DNA of 64,000 bases from NCBI RefSeq assembly GCF_009914755.1, contig NC_060926.1. One strand, given 5' to 3'. A model generated the notes under the pieces. The model made no database searches. It worked only from the letters and a program-made list of their open reading frames with translations, and was not told the DNA's origin. Made by a program: the position numbers and the translations under genes. Within the stretch, counting starts at the first letter, position 1. Each line of letters opens with the position of its first letter. The DNA comes from the human T2T-CHM13v2.0 reference genome, Homo sapiens. Shown here piece after piece: positions 1 through 14,029 of the stretch.

Positions 1-1815
1 CAAAAAAATGGAGAAATATTCCATGTTTATTGATTGGAAGAATCAATATTGTTAAAATGCCCATATTACCCAAAGCAATCTACAGATTCAATGCAATCCC
101 TATCAAAATATCAATGTTATTCTTCACAGAAATAGAAAAAAAATCATAAAATTTATATGCAACCACAAAAGGCCCAGAAGAGCTTATCCTAAGCAAAAAA
201 AAAAGAAAAAAGAAAACTGGAAGAATCGTGTTACATGACTTTAAATTATACTGCAGAGCTATAGTAACCAAAGCAGCATGGTACTGCTATAAACAGAGAC
301 ATATAAACCAATGGAACATAATAGAGAACCTAGAAACAAATCCACACACCTATAGTGAACTCATTTTCAACACAAGTGCCAAGAACATACACCAGAGAAA
401 AGACAGTCTCTTCAATAAATGGTGCTGGGAAAACTGAATATCCACATGCAGAGGAGTGAAATTAGACACCTATCTCTCACCACATACAAAAATCAAATAA
501 AAATAAATCAAAGACTTAAATCTAACATTTCAAACTATGAAACTGCTACAAGAAAACATTGGGGAAATTCTCCCAGACATTGGTCTGAACAAAAGTTTCT
601 TGAGCAGTACCTCACAAGCACAGGCAACCAAAGCAAAAATGGACAAATGGGATCACATCAAGTTAAAAAGCTTCTGCACGGCAAAGGAAACAATTGAAAA
701 GGTGAAGACATAACGCACAGAATGGGAGAAAATATTTATAAACTACCCATCTAACAAGAGATTAATAACCAGAACATATAAGGAGTGCAAACAACTCTAT
801 TGGAAAAAAAATCTAATAATCCAATCAAAAGGTGGGCAAAATGTTTGAATAGACATTTCTCAAAAGAAGACATACAAGTGGCAAACAGGCATATGAAAAT
901 GTGCTCAACATCACTGATCATCAGAGAAATGCAAATCGCAACTACAATGAGATATCATCTCACCCCAGTTAAAATGTGTAACATCCCAAAGACAGGCAAT
1001 AACACATACTGACAAGGATTTGGACAAAAGGGAAACCTGCACACTGTTGGTGGGAATGTAAATTAGTACAGCTACTATAGAGAACAGTTTGATGATTACT
1101 CAAAAGACTAAAAATTGAGTTTCTATATGATCCAGCAATCCCACTGCTGAGTATATACCCAAAAGAAAAGAAATCAGTCTATTGAATAGATGTATGCACT
1201 CCTGTCTTTGTTGGAGCACTGTTTACAATAGCTAAGATTTGGAAGCAACCTAAGTGTCCATCAACATATGAAGAGATAAAGGAAATGTGGTACATATACA
1301 TAATGGAATATTATTTGTCCGTAAAAAAAAATGAGATCCAGTCATTTGCAACAACATGGTTGGAACTGGAGGTCATCGTATTAAGTGAAATAAGCAAGAC
1401 ACAGAAAGACCGCATGTTCTCACTTATTTGTGGGATCTAAAAATTAAAACAATTGAACACTTTAACATAGAGAACAGAGGAATGGTTACCAGAGGCTGGG
1501 AAGGGTAGTTGGGGGCTAGGGGAAGGTGGGGATGATTAATGATTACAAAAAATATTTAGAAAGAATGAATAAGACCTACTATTTGATAGGACAATTGGCT
1601 GACTATAGTTAATAATAACTTAATTGTACAGTTTAAAATATGTTGATGAGTATAATTGGATTGTTTGTAACTCAAAGGATAAATGCTTTCTACATGATGT
1701 GCTTATTTCACATTGCATGGTTGTATCAAAACATCTCACATACCCCATAAATATATACACCTATTATGTACCCACAAAAATTAAAAATAAAATAATTATG
1801 TAAAAATAAAATAAA
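1..1815 (+). mobile_element. LINE-1 3' portion (degenerate ORF2 C-terminus, 3'UTR, A-rich tail), L1MA1-L1MA3-like
   Basis: ORF2-like peptides in broken frames ([49 protein letters not shown]); 3'UTR 'taccccataaatatatacacctattatgtacccacaaaaattaaaaataaa' typical of L1MA1-3. Confidence 0.92.
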
Positions 1816-4251
1816 TGAAGGAAAAACAAACTAAGGTGCAACGATCACATCTCTGAATTAGTTATTTATAAGGCAAAGATTGCTTATTAATATCTTTTTA
1901 ACAATGTGTCCACATTACTCTCACCAGGGTTTCAGAACTTCAGAGGTAGGGACTCTATTAAAACTAATATTGCAAGTCACAATATTCTCAAAAAAAAAAA
2001 TCAACTAGGAGGAATCATTTGGTATCAACTTAAAGCAGATTTCTGGGAAGATTAGCCAACACAATTTGGTATTTTCAAGTAATTCAGTATTCACCATGCT
2101 GTGTGAATCCGCTGGCAAACAAAAATAATTCTGCTATGTTACTAAGCGTTAACATATCGATAGGTAACATTGCAATTCAAGGTGGTGAAGAAATTATTAA
2201 ATAGTTAATAGCATTAAGGATGCATATGTTTACTCATTTTACAACATAAATCCTATCCTTTGAATTTTTATACAAGTAAAGGACGATGAAAATTACATAG
2301 AACTAGACAATTGTAAGTTCTTCTCATTATAATAATTACATACAATATCTAGAGGTTAAATTGACTGAGCAGCGTTGATATAATGTTGAGCCATTAAGAT
2401 ATCTCTCCTTCTAGCATGAAATAAATAGCAAAGCGTTAGTAACTTAGCTGTGGGAGAGTGACATCAGAGGTTGAGTAGGATATCCCAGCTTTCCTTCCCC
2501 CTACAAAGAGCAACAATTTAGCAGCTATCCATGAGGGAAAGCAACCCTGGAAGAGCTCAAGAGTTCCCTTTGGAAAAAACAAAAATACCTCACCAGAATA
2601 ATCATGAAAAAAAATGAAGAACAGTTTCATTTTGCCTGCATCACCCCATTTTCCAGGCCAGCACTGCTCAACATGGTGAGGGATCTGCCTGACTTGCCAG
2701 CGTCTCTCGCAAGGAAAAGGAGAGTAAGGAGAACAACCAGCTCACTCAGCTGTTTGGGGCACTGCCCAAATAATTACCTTCATTTCCGTTGAGATCACTG
2801 GGGAGACTAACATAGCTGAGACATGGAGAGACAGCTGGGAAGAAACAGGGGCTATCAGTATCAGCCATGTGGCGGGAATCACTGCAGTCCCCAGTGGTCT
2901 GCTCTGCACCGTACTACTGCAGACTTTCGCACTGAGGAACTAAGCAACCTCATGGCCACTGTTTACTCCCCATAGCTTTCACAACTGTGGACCCTGATAG
3001 TGGTCACTGTCACAGACCTCAGCATCTTGCTCCACTGAGAACTCCAGCACTGAGGAAACCAATAGCCAGCACAGGCACAGCGGACTCCTTGCAGCTTTTA
3101 CCTTCCAAGGGCCTGGAATATTCTTCCTGACTCCCACCACTGTGCTTGCACCCACAACTCGCTCCTTTAGTTAAATGAGTATGCACACCCCCAGCTCAGG
3201 CCCTCAGCTGCCCTAGCATGCACAGGTGACCAGGCCCCTACTGCCAGACCTCAGCTATTCCCTGCAACCATGCAGGTATATGCTGTAAGCCACCCCCATG
3301 CCACACCACAGGTACTCCTGCAGTTCATCTTGGCCATTGCCCCTGGCCCTCACCCATGCCATCATGCATAAACCTGTAGCTGATTCCCGTCACCATGCAC
3401 ATGCCAGCAGCTGGCCCATATCTGAGCATGTGCACACCACTGGCTCTGGTCCCCACTGTTGTCTGCCCTGGCCTTGTGCTTGTGCTGCTAGGCCCAGAAG
3501 CACTGCTGAGGCTCCTAACACTCCTTTAGCTACCACTAATCTCCCACAGCTCTTGCCAGCAAGGACCACACAGTTGTTTATGTTGTGAACCCCATCTTCC
3601 TGAGTTGATGAGACACTGACCTATCTCCCCCTATCGGACCTTGCGCTGCAGATGAAGGTTTTTCCTTCCCAAAGCCAGTTTATCAAGTCTGGAAGAGAGG
3701 GCTGCTTCTTCAAATACAGACACTCTCACAAGGCTTTAAGGATCACAAAAAATTAGATATAAAAAATGACACTGTTAAAAGAACATAATAAACTTCTGGT
3801 GGCCAACCCCAAATAACTGGAGATCCTCTAATTTCCAAACAAATAATTCAAAATAATTTTTCTAAAGAAGCTCGGCAAACTAAAAAACAACAGCTAAACA
3901 ATTAAACGATATCAAGAAAACAATACAAAAACAAAACAGGAAGCTCAACAAAAAGATATAAAACATGAAAAACCGAAATTTCAAAACTGAATACTACAAT
4001 GACTAAACTAAAAAATACAATAAAGGGCTTCCACAATAGAACAGATCAAGCAGAAGAAAGAATAGAAAACCCAAAGACGTTATTTGAAATTGTACAGTAA
4101 GAGGAGAAAAAAAAAGAATAAAAAGGAATCAAGAAAACCTATGATACCTGTGTAAAATCATCAAGAAAGTGAAGTTCTCACAACAGGATATTCAGAAGAA
4201 GAAGAAGGTGAGAAAAGGACAGAATGCCTATGTAAAGAAATAGTAGGTAAA

Positions 4252-4607
<356 letters not shown>

Positions 4608-5469
4608 CTAATAAAATGTAACCAAAGATTTCACCAAGAAACATTAGAATCAACAGCGAATTATCAAAGTTAAAGAGAGAATGTTGAAAGCAGTAAAAGA
4701 AAGGAAGCATATCACATACAAGGGAATGATAATAACACTATCAATGGATTTCTCAGCAGAAATCTTACAGGACAGGAGAGAGTGGGATGATATATTCAAA
4801 ATGTTGAAAGGAAAAAAAAAACTCACAACAAAGAATACTTTACCTGACAAAACTGTCCTTTAGAAATGATGAGAAAACAGGATTTTCCCAGGCAAAAATA
4901 AAGTTGATGGAATTTATAACCACTAAACCTGCTTTACAAGAAATGCTAAAGGGAGATTTTCAAAATGAAATGAATGCTGCTAATTAATAAATAACACGGA
5001 AACATGTGAAAGTATAAAACTCACTGGTGAAGGTAGATAAATAGTTAAATTCAGAGTACTCTAATACTGTAATGGTAGTATGTAAACCACTTATAACTCT
5101 ACTATAATGGTTAAAGGACAGATGCATGAAAGTAACCATAACTGCAATAATTGTAAGAGTTACACAATATAAAGTTGTATGCTGTGACATCAAAAACAAA
5201 ATGCGGGGCAACACAATAGTAGAACTTTTGTATCCAATTAAAGTTAAGTTGTTATCTACTTAAAATCAACTGTCATAACTACAAGATGTTTTACATAAGC
5301 CTCATGGTAACCACAAGGCAAAAACTGACAGTATATACACAAAAGATAAAGAGAAAAAAATTCAAAGCATACCACTACAGAAAACCATCACATTGCAAAG
5401 GAAAACAGCAAAGATAAAAAAAGAAAAATGAAATAGAAAAAAAAACCCAAATAATAAACAAAATGGCCT

Positions 5470-5578
5470 GGAGAATGGCGTGAACCCAGGAGACAGAGCT
5501 TGCAGTGAGCCGAGATCACGCCACTGCACTCCAGCCTGGGTGACAGAGCAAGACTCCATCTTTAAGATTTAAAAAAAA
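5470..5578 (+). mobile_element. 5'-truncated AluY-like right-arm fragment at the L1 ORF2 start
   Basis: 'ggagaatggcgtgaacccaggagacagagcttgcagtgagccgagatc...agactccatct' plus short A tract; no TSD seen. Confidence 0.9.
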
Positions 5579-6926
5579 TTACTTTAAATGTAAATGAACT
5601 ACATTCATCAATCAAGAAATATAGAATAGCTGAATGGATTAATTTAAAAATCAGGGCCCAACTGTATGCTGACTCCAAGAAACTTCCTTCAATTTTAAGG
5701 ACACACACAGACTGAAAGTAAAGGACTGGAAAAAGATATTTCATGCAAATGGAATGAAAAGAGTGCAGTGGTAGCTATATTTACATCAAACAAAACAGAC
5801 TTTAACTCAAAAACTGTAAAAAGAGACAAAAAGGGTCATTAGATAATGATTAAGGAGTCAATTCATCAACAGCACATAAAAATTGTAAATATGTATGACC
5901 CAACATTGAAGCACTAAAATATATAAAGCAATTATTACACGATTTTGAAGGGAGAGATAGTCCACAATACAATAATAATAGAGGACTAGTCCACTTTAAA
6001 CAATGGACAGATTATCCAGAAAGAAAATCAATAAGGAAACATTGGACTTGAGTTACATGTTAGACTAAATGAACATAATAGACACATACAGAACATTTTA
6101 TCTAACAGTAGCAGAATATACATTATTCTCAAGTGCACATGGAACATTATCCAAGATAAATACTATGGCAGGCCACAAAACAAGTCCTAACAAACTTAGG
6201 ACAACTTAAATCATATCAAGAATCTCTTCAGGCCACAACAGTAAGAATCAATAATAGTAGGGACCCAGAAAAATTCACAAGTATGAGGAAATTAAATAAC
6301 ATATTCTGGAACAATCAATGGGTCAAAAAAATCAAAAGGGAAACAAAATAAATCTTCAGGTGAATGAATATGAAAATACAACATACTAAAACCTATAGAA
6401 TGCAGCAAAGCAGTTGTAAGAGGGAAGATTATAGTGATAAATGTCTACAGTAAAAAAGAAGAAAATTCTTAAATTAACACCCTAAAATTACAACTCAAGG
6501 AACAAGAAGAACAAACTAAATCTAAAGTTAGCAAAGGGAAGAAATAATAAAAATAAGAGCAGAAATAAATACAGGATAGAAAAAACTATTAAAAAATCAA
6601 CAAAATTGAGTTAGCCTTTTTGAAAAAATAAACAAAATGTGTAAACCCTTAGCTAGACTATGAAAAAAGAGAGAAGACTCAAATAAATAAGGTCAGAAAT
6701 GAAGGTACAGACATTACAACTGACATCTCAGAAATAAAAAAGGGGTATAAGTGACTGTTGTGAACACTGATGTACCATCAAAATGGATACCCTAAAGGAA
6801 ATGGATAAATTCCTAGAAACATACAACCTACCACAATTAAATCAAGGTAAAACATAAAGCCTGGACAGACTGATAACAAATAAAGAGACTGAAATAATGA
6901 TTTAAAATGTTAAAAATGATTTTCCA

Positions 6927-7217
6927 GGCCAGGTGCAGCGGCTCACACCTGTAATCCCAGCACTTTGGGAGGCCGAGGTGGGTGGATCACAAGGTCAGAT
7001 CGAGACCATCCTGGCTAACATGGTGAAGCCCCGTCTATACCAAAAATACAAAAAAATTAGCCGGGCGTGGTGGTGGGTGCCTGTAGTCCCAGCTACTCAA
7101 GAGGTTGAGGCAGGAGAATGGCATGAACCCAGGAGGCGGAGCTTGCAGCGAGCTGAGATTGTGCCACCGCACTCCAGCCTGGGCAACAGTGCAAGACTCC
7201 ATCTCAAAAAAAAAAAA
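6927..7217 (+). mobile_element. AluY-like SINE inside L1 ORF2
   Basis: Full dimer, 'gagaccatcctggctaac', poly-A, TSD core gattttcca on both sides. Confidence 0.95.
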
Positions 7218-9334
7218 AAGATTTTCCACAAAAGAAAAGCCTGGGACCAGATGGCTTTGTGATGGAATTCTGCCAAGAATTCAAAAAATTACTATCAATT
7301 TTTCTTAAATTCTATCAATGCAAGTAGAGGGAATACTTCTAAGCTTATTCTATGAAAACATCATCACCCTGAAACCAAAGCCAAACAAAGCCACCACAAG
7401 AAAAGAAAATGGCAGGACAATGTCACTGATAAATACAGAAATCCTCAATGAAATACTAGCAAACTGAACTCCACACATGTAGAAGATTATACATCATGAT
7501 CAAGTGGGATTTATCTCTGGAATGCTAGGTTGGTTTGACATCCACAAATCAATCAATGTGATATATCACATTAACAGAATGAGAAAGAGTGACAACCTGA
7601 CAATCACAAAAGATGCAGAGAAGGCATCTGACAAAGTTCAACCTAAAATTTTTCAACTTATTAAATCTAGAAGGAAATGTCCTCAACATAATAAAGGTCA
7701 TAAATGAAAAGCCCACAGCTAACATTATAATTAAATACTAAAAGCTTTTTATCTAAAATCCAGTACAATGCAAGGATGCATATTCTTACCATTTCTATTA
7801 AACATAGTACTGGAAGTGCTAGCAAGAGCAATTAGAGAAGAAAAAGAGATTTAAATGTATCCAAATTCGAAAGGAGGAAGTAAAATTCTTCCTATTTGCA
7901 GAAGACATGATCCTGTATGTAGGAAATTAGATTCCATTTAAAAAAACTGTTAGAACTAATAAATGAATTTAGTAAAATTGCAGGATACAAAATCAAAATA
8001 CAAAATATTAATTGTATTTCTTTACATCTATAATGATCTATCCAAAAAGGAAATCAATAAATCAGTCCCCTTTATGACAGCACCTAAAGAACAAAATACT
8101 TAGGAATATATTTAACCAAGGAGGTAAAAGATCTGTACACTAAAAACAATAAAACATTGATAAAAGAACTGAAGAATACACAAATAGATGAAAAGATATA
8201 CATGTTCAAGGGTTAGAAGAATTAATGTTGTTAAAATATCCGTATGATACAAACAGATATAACTGGTTTAATCCAATCCCTATCAAAATTCCAAAATACT
8301 CTAAAATTCATATAGAACTACAAAAGATCCCAATTAGCCTAAACAATCTTAAGTAAGAAAAATACTTACTTAAGATTGCATTAACTATTGTGGCATTGCA
8401 CTGCCTGATTTCAAATTATGTTATACAGCTACAATAATTAAAACAGAATGATGCTGGCATGAATACAAATATCTAGACTGAATAAAGAGCCTAGCCAGGT
8501 ATTCTTCAACAAGGGCACCAAGAATACATGTGGGGAAAGGAAATTCTCTTCAACAAACAGTGTTGGGAAAACTAGACATTCACATGCAGAAAACATGAAA
8601 TTGGACCCTTGTACCATACACACATATCAACTCAAAGTAGATTAAAGATCTAAAAGTAAGACTTGATGCCTTAAAACTCCTCAAATAAAATGTAGGGGTA
8701 AATCTCCTTGACAATGGCCTTGGCCATGATTTTTGAGGTATTACACCAAAAGTTTGATATGCAGAATAAGAGAAAATATTTGCAACTATACATCTGATAA
8801 AGGGTTAATATTAATATCCAGAATATACAAGGAACCTACACCACTCAATAGCAAGAAAATAAATAACCAAACTAAAAAATGGAAAAATGACCTGAATAGA
8901 AATTTTTCCAAATCACACATAAAAAAATAACCAATAGACATATTAAAAGGTGTTCAACATCACTAATCATCAGGGAAATGCAAATCAAAACCACAGTGAA
9001 ATATTACTTCACACCTGTTAGGATGGCTATAATTATAACAATAAGAGATAAGTGTTGGTGAGGTTGTGGACAAAAAGGAAACCTAGTACACTGTTAGTAG
9101 GAATGTAAATTGGTACAATCATTGTGGAAGACAGTACAGAGGATCCTCAAAAATTTGAAAGTTGAACTACCATCTGACCCAGCATCCCTCCATTGGTTAT
9201 ATACTCAAAGAACTTAAATAAGCACATAATCAAGTTATCTGCACTCTCATATTCATTGCAGCATTATTCACGACAGCCAAGATGTGAGAAAAACATAAGT
9301 GTCCCTTGATGGATGAATAGATAAAGAAATTGAG

Positions 9335-9336
<2 letters not shown>

Positions 9337-9369
<33 letters not shown>
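9337..9369. repeat. (AC)n microsatellite
   Basis: About 16 perfect AC units. Confidence 0.97.
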
Positions 9370-9374
<5 letters not shown>

Positions 9375-9718
9375 TTTTCAGCCTTTAGAAAGAAGGAGAT
9401 CCATTCGCGATAATATGAATGATGTACCTGGAGGACATTACGCTAAGTGAAATAAGCCAGGCACAGAAAGACAAATACTGCATAATGACACTTACATGCA
9501 AAATGGAAAAAAAGTGAAATTATTAGAAATAAAGGGTATAACAGTGGTTACCAGGAGCAGGGATGACAGAAATGGAGAGATGTCTCTCAAAAGTTATAAA
9601 GTTGCAGTTATATAGAATGAGTAAGTCTGGAGATCTAATGCACAGCCTGAGGACTACTGTTAACAATATTGTATTACATAATGGAAATTTGCTAAGAGTA
9701 GATTTCAAGTACTCTTAC

Positions 9719-9726
9719 CACACACA

Positions 9727-9759
<33 letters not shown>
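9719..9759. repeat. (CA)n microsatellite at the L1 3' end
   Basis: About 20 CA units with one GA interruption. Confidence 0.97.
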
Positions 9760-9761
<2 letters not shown>

Positions 9762-10303
9762 AAAAGAACTCTGCTGGCTATACTGTCTAGGGTTTATGTA
9801 AAATAATATTAAAAGGAAGCAGGTTGAGAAAAGCTCTCAAGCGTCTCTCTCTATCTCAGTGTTATTTTCCCCTCAGCCTTTAGTCATGGAAACAATGACT
9901 TTCAAAACCCCCGTGTTTTGTTTTATTTTGCTTTGTTTTCCTATTTCTATACTTGCTCTGACAGATTTTAATGTGATGTCATATGATGTAATATAGGTGA
10001 AATATTAAGAATTTATCAAAAATGAAAAAGAAAAAAGAAACTTAGCAGTGTTAATATTGAATGCTTAAATATACCTATTAAGAACTTGCCAGAGCCACAA
10101 TGTAAGGGAAACAGTTATTTTCTGGGCATTGCAACTGCCACAGTGAAGCCTTCGGATTTTCTATACCCACTAGTATAATTCAAAGACTCCTGACAAAAGG
10201 CTGTGCCAATATTCATTAAGATAGTTAACTAAAAGCAGTACGTTTTATAAGCCAGTAAGAGCACGGTGGTTAATGTTAGCAATTGTTTTGCCTTTTTAGT
10301 TGA

Positions 10304-10420
10304 TTTATTCACTTAACAAATACGTATTGAAGCTTTCATATTATGTTCCAGATAATGTTCTAGAAAATTGCAGTTAATCTGCGAAGAAACATAGATGACA
10401 TTTGCATTCTAGATTTTCAA
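10304..10420 (-). mobile_element. L2 3' fragment
   Basis: 'attcacttaacaaatacgtattga...tatgttccagataatgttctag' resembles the antisense L2 3' end. Confidence 0.5.
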
Positions 10421-10729
10421 TTCTAGTTGTTGAGGTTTTCTGCCGCAGGAACTTAAAGTGGGATTAAACTCAACATGCTTTTAGCTTCATAAAGAAGACC
10501 TATTTTTGAAAATAACCTCATACCCTACCTTTTCAGAAAGTCAACCACAGAGTCTTCTACGCGTGTCTACAAACGGAAGAAACAGAGGAATGAAAGAGAG
10601 AAAAAACAAAACAATAATAAGACAAAAAAGGAAATAACACATTAACTTAAGGAAAGAGAAACATGAGACTAATTTTCTTGTAAAATATTATACAAAATAC
10701 ATAATTTTCTTATAAAACACATTGGAAAT

Positions 10730-11070
10730 GCATTCTTCTCTGAGGGCTTACTCTGTGTTAGACATTACATGAGGTCTCGGGATCAAACAGTGTGAAAAAC
10801 ATAATCTGCAACCTCATGGAGGACACATTCAGGGGAGAAAACAGGTATTCGTCATAGAAAAATATGAATCTATAAATATAAGCTGCAAACCATCATATTA
10901 AAAAATGTACAGGGAACTGGGCAGAAAGACTTCCCTGCCAAAATGACATTTGAACTAAGTTCATGAGGATGGGAAAGAGAGGAGGTGACACATTTCAAGC
11001 AAAGGAAATAGCAAATGCAAGACTCAGAGGTGGAGTATAACAAAGTTGTAGCAGGAGGAAGTTCAATTGG
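10730..11070 (-). mobile_element. L2 fragment
   Basis: 'tgacatttgaactaag...aaggaaatagcaaatgcaagactcagagg' antisense L2 motif. Confidence 0.55.
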
Positions 11071-12670
11071 AGTGTTGAAATAAAAAGAAGACAAATGAAC
11101 TCAAAAAGTGAACTTAGTTTTTTGATGATACACTCAAAAATTGAAAGTATTTAATGGATAGAGAGTAGAAATGTTTTCATAAGTGTTACTCTACTTTCTA
11201 TACATTTTCTTTTTATTTATTATTTTCCTACAATCTGGGAAGTAACGAACATTTGCACTCACAGTTCTCTCATTGGTTTATCAATTACCTTAGTGATAAC
11301 CAATTTCGTCACATGCATGTCCTGATTCCAGATTCATATTTTGAAAAATGCTGATTGTTAGAGTAAGCCATCTTATAAAGGCACCTACTTCCGGTTTAGG
11401 TGGCAGTAGTAGAATTTTTATTTTACTAGTATTTACAAATTAAAATCTTCGTTCAAAAAAATTATAATGTCTACATGGCAATCATGTGCCTGCATATACT
11501 TATGCATATGGAAAAATGGGGAATTAGAGCTTGAGAAAGTGGTTGATCCTTCGGGTGGCTTTCACTAGACAGGAAAACTGATTCTGTCCCTAAGGTGCTC
11601 TTCAAAGAGCAAAGTCAGAGAGCTGAATAGGAAATGAAGTGAATTTCAGTGACCCTCGCTGGCCTGAACCACAGGAGCCAGTAAACACAGGATTTCCACT
11701 CTATGTGTAGCTTTCTTCTGTGGGGGCCCCTTGGCTATATTTTCACAGGCAAGCATTTCCCCCTGAAAAAAATCATTTAATATATTGATATGTAATGTAC
11801 ACAATAGCTTTAATTATCATATATTAACATGTTGATTTGAATTATTACTGTAACAATTGGGGGGCAGTATGTAGTTTCAGAAATAAATGTGAAATAGAGT
11901 CCAAGCAGGTCACGCAATTTCCTTTGGGTTTTATTAGTGATAAAACTACTAGCTCTTCACCCAGGTCTCCTTGAAGAATGATATAAAATACAGCTTTCAT
12001 CCTATCCTATAATTTTCTGTGTAATGGAGGTGCTTCTTTTGTCACATATCAGAAACAATACTCAGGCAAAGAGATGATGAGCACAGCCATATCGTGATGT
12101 CATACAAGAGAGATTCGACCTTGTCACCTAGATCCATTTTCATTTTGTTCCAGAAACTTTACTAACACTGATAAAAGGTTTAACTGTCATCCCATGGCTG
12201 CCCTAAAATTATATGTATATGAACATATTATAAAACTGGACTATACCCATATAAAAGCACATCATGGCAGTAAAATTGCGAAATGATCAAGCATCATATC
12301 CTTGTAGAGGTTTTTTGTGTTTTGCTTTTCAATAACTAGAGATCTCTTGATCTTTCAAAAGAACTCTCAGATTTTGTAATGATTTCTTCTTAGTCAGAAA
12401 TACATACATAATTGCATATAGTTTTACTAATATTGGACATTGGATTGCCTTTTTATTAACAACCTGAGTTAATTTAACTCAGGTTAAATTAACATGTGCA
12501 CACTTAGTTAAAGAGATTAAAAAGGTTGAAGAGGCTGCTGTTTCAAAGCATTTAAGGAAGTGATCATACAGCCTTGATTTTTTAAATGTTTATATTTTGA
12601 ATTCGATCTTAGAAAATGTAGTTCAAATACAAAAGACTTAAAGCCAAGAAAGAACTTAAAAGAAAGCCTA

Positions 12671-13033
12671 GGATTTCTGATTCTGGCCATGACAGAAGAA
12701 AAATTATTGGAATAGCCTCCTTTTAGAAACAATTCTGATACTGGATAATGTATATGAAACAACTGTTGTCAGATGCTAGACAATAGGCAACAGAGTGGAG
12801 AGAGACTCACAAAGTGACTGCTTCAATATCCGCCATTTTCTGCCTGGAGGAACTTACTGCGCTACAGTGTAGGGAGGGGAAGCTCAGGCAGAGTGTGATG
12901 GTTACCCTGAGGGGAGAAGCCCAGATCACAGTGTCAGGCTGCGGAGGTGGCTGGAATATGAGGGGCAAAATACCCAGAATAGCCAACTGAATGTAGAAGG
13001 AGAGCAAAGTCTTTTGGACAGATGCTATCTGCC
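12671..13033 (+). mobile_element. Old L1 (L1MC-like) 5'UTR fragment
   Basis: 'ttctggccatgac...tatatgaaacaactgtt...ttctgcctggagg...gaggtggctggaat' resembles the L1MC 5' end. Confidence 0.65.
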
Positions 13034-13440
13034 TTCAAGTCTTACCATAAAGCACAGTAATAAAGATAGTGTGGTACTGGTGAAAGATAGACAAATAAAT
13101 TGATGGAATTGGATACAGAAACCAGAAAGAGATCCACACAAATGAAGTCAACTGATCTTTGATGAAGGAGCAAAGCAGTGCAATGGAGAAAAATCTTCTT
13201 TTCAATAAATAGTGCAGGAACAACTGGACACCCACATGCAAAAAACAACAACACACTTTATACCCTTCAAAAAAAGGAACTCGAAATGGATCACAGACTT
13301 AAATGTAAAACATGAAGCTATAAAACTCCTAGAAGATAACATACAAGAAAATCTAGATAACCTTGGGTTTTATGGTGACTTTTTAGATACAGACAGAATT
13401 AAAGGCATGATCCATGAAAAAAGTAATTGATAAAATGGAT
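13034..13440 (+). mobile_element. L1MC-like late-ORF2 fragment
   Basis: 'gtgtggtactgg...actgatctttga...ttcaataaatagtgc'; peptide SKWITDLNVKHEAIKLLEDNIQENL. Confidence 0.85.
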
Positions 13441-13600
13441 TATTTTACATATTATCTATGGATGTTTTAATGCTATAATGTCAGAATTGAATAGTGTGAC
13501 AGAGATCTACCAGTCATACAAAACACAAAGACTAAAATTTTTACAACCTGGCCCTTTACAAAAAAAAAACAAAAAACAAAAAAAAAATTGCCTATCCCTA
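13441..13600. mobile_element. MER58A (hAT-Charlie) partial
   Basis: 'ttacatattatctatggatgtttt...cagaattgaatagtgtgacagaga...ctggccctttaca...ttgcctatccct'. Confidence 0.75.
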
Positions 13601-14029
13601 CCTCACACAATTAATTTTTCTCAAAGAGTGGGCCTCTGACTTAAAAAAAAAAAAAAAGATTTAATTCCAAGCTCTTACTCTTTATGTAACATCAGGCAAA
13701 TTATTTAGATTGTCTGGATATGTTCATTCAGACAAATAGAGAGACAGAGAAAACTAAATGAAATGGCACAGTTTGCAAATCATGTTTCCTGTTTGAGGAT
13801 TATTTGTCAGATTGACTATTGATACATATATCATGGAAAAAAGTATGTAAAATGGCTGTTGCAAATAATGGTTTAAAATAAAAACCTTAAACTGAAATGT
13901 ATTCAATCCCACTTACTTTTAATGCTGTGAACTTCCAGAGAGGAATACTGCATTCAGGGCCTGAAAGCCACCTCTGTAACCCCTATTGTCATTTTAGTAT
14001 CAAACTATTCTGCTTCCCATGTTTTATTA

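Noticed and set aside
228-1012. ORFs with L1 ORF2-like peptides as functional CDS
   Set aside because: Short frameshifted fragments of a dead L1.
11649-11664. CTCF-like site CCAGCGAGGGTCAC (minus)
   Set aside because: Three mismatches to the core, including the conserved AG positions.
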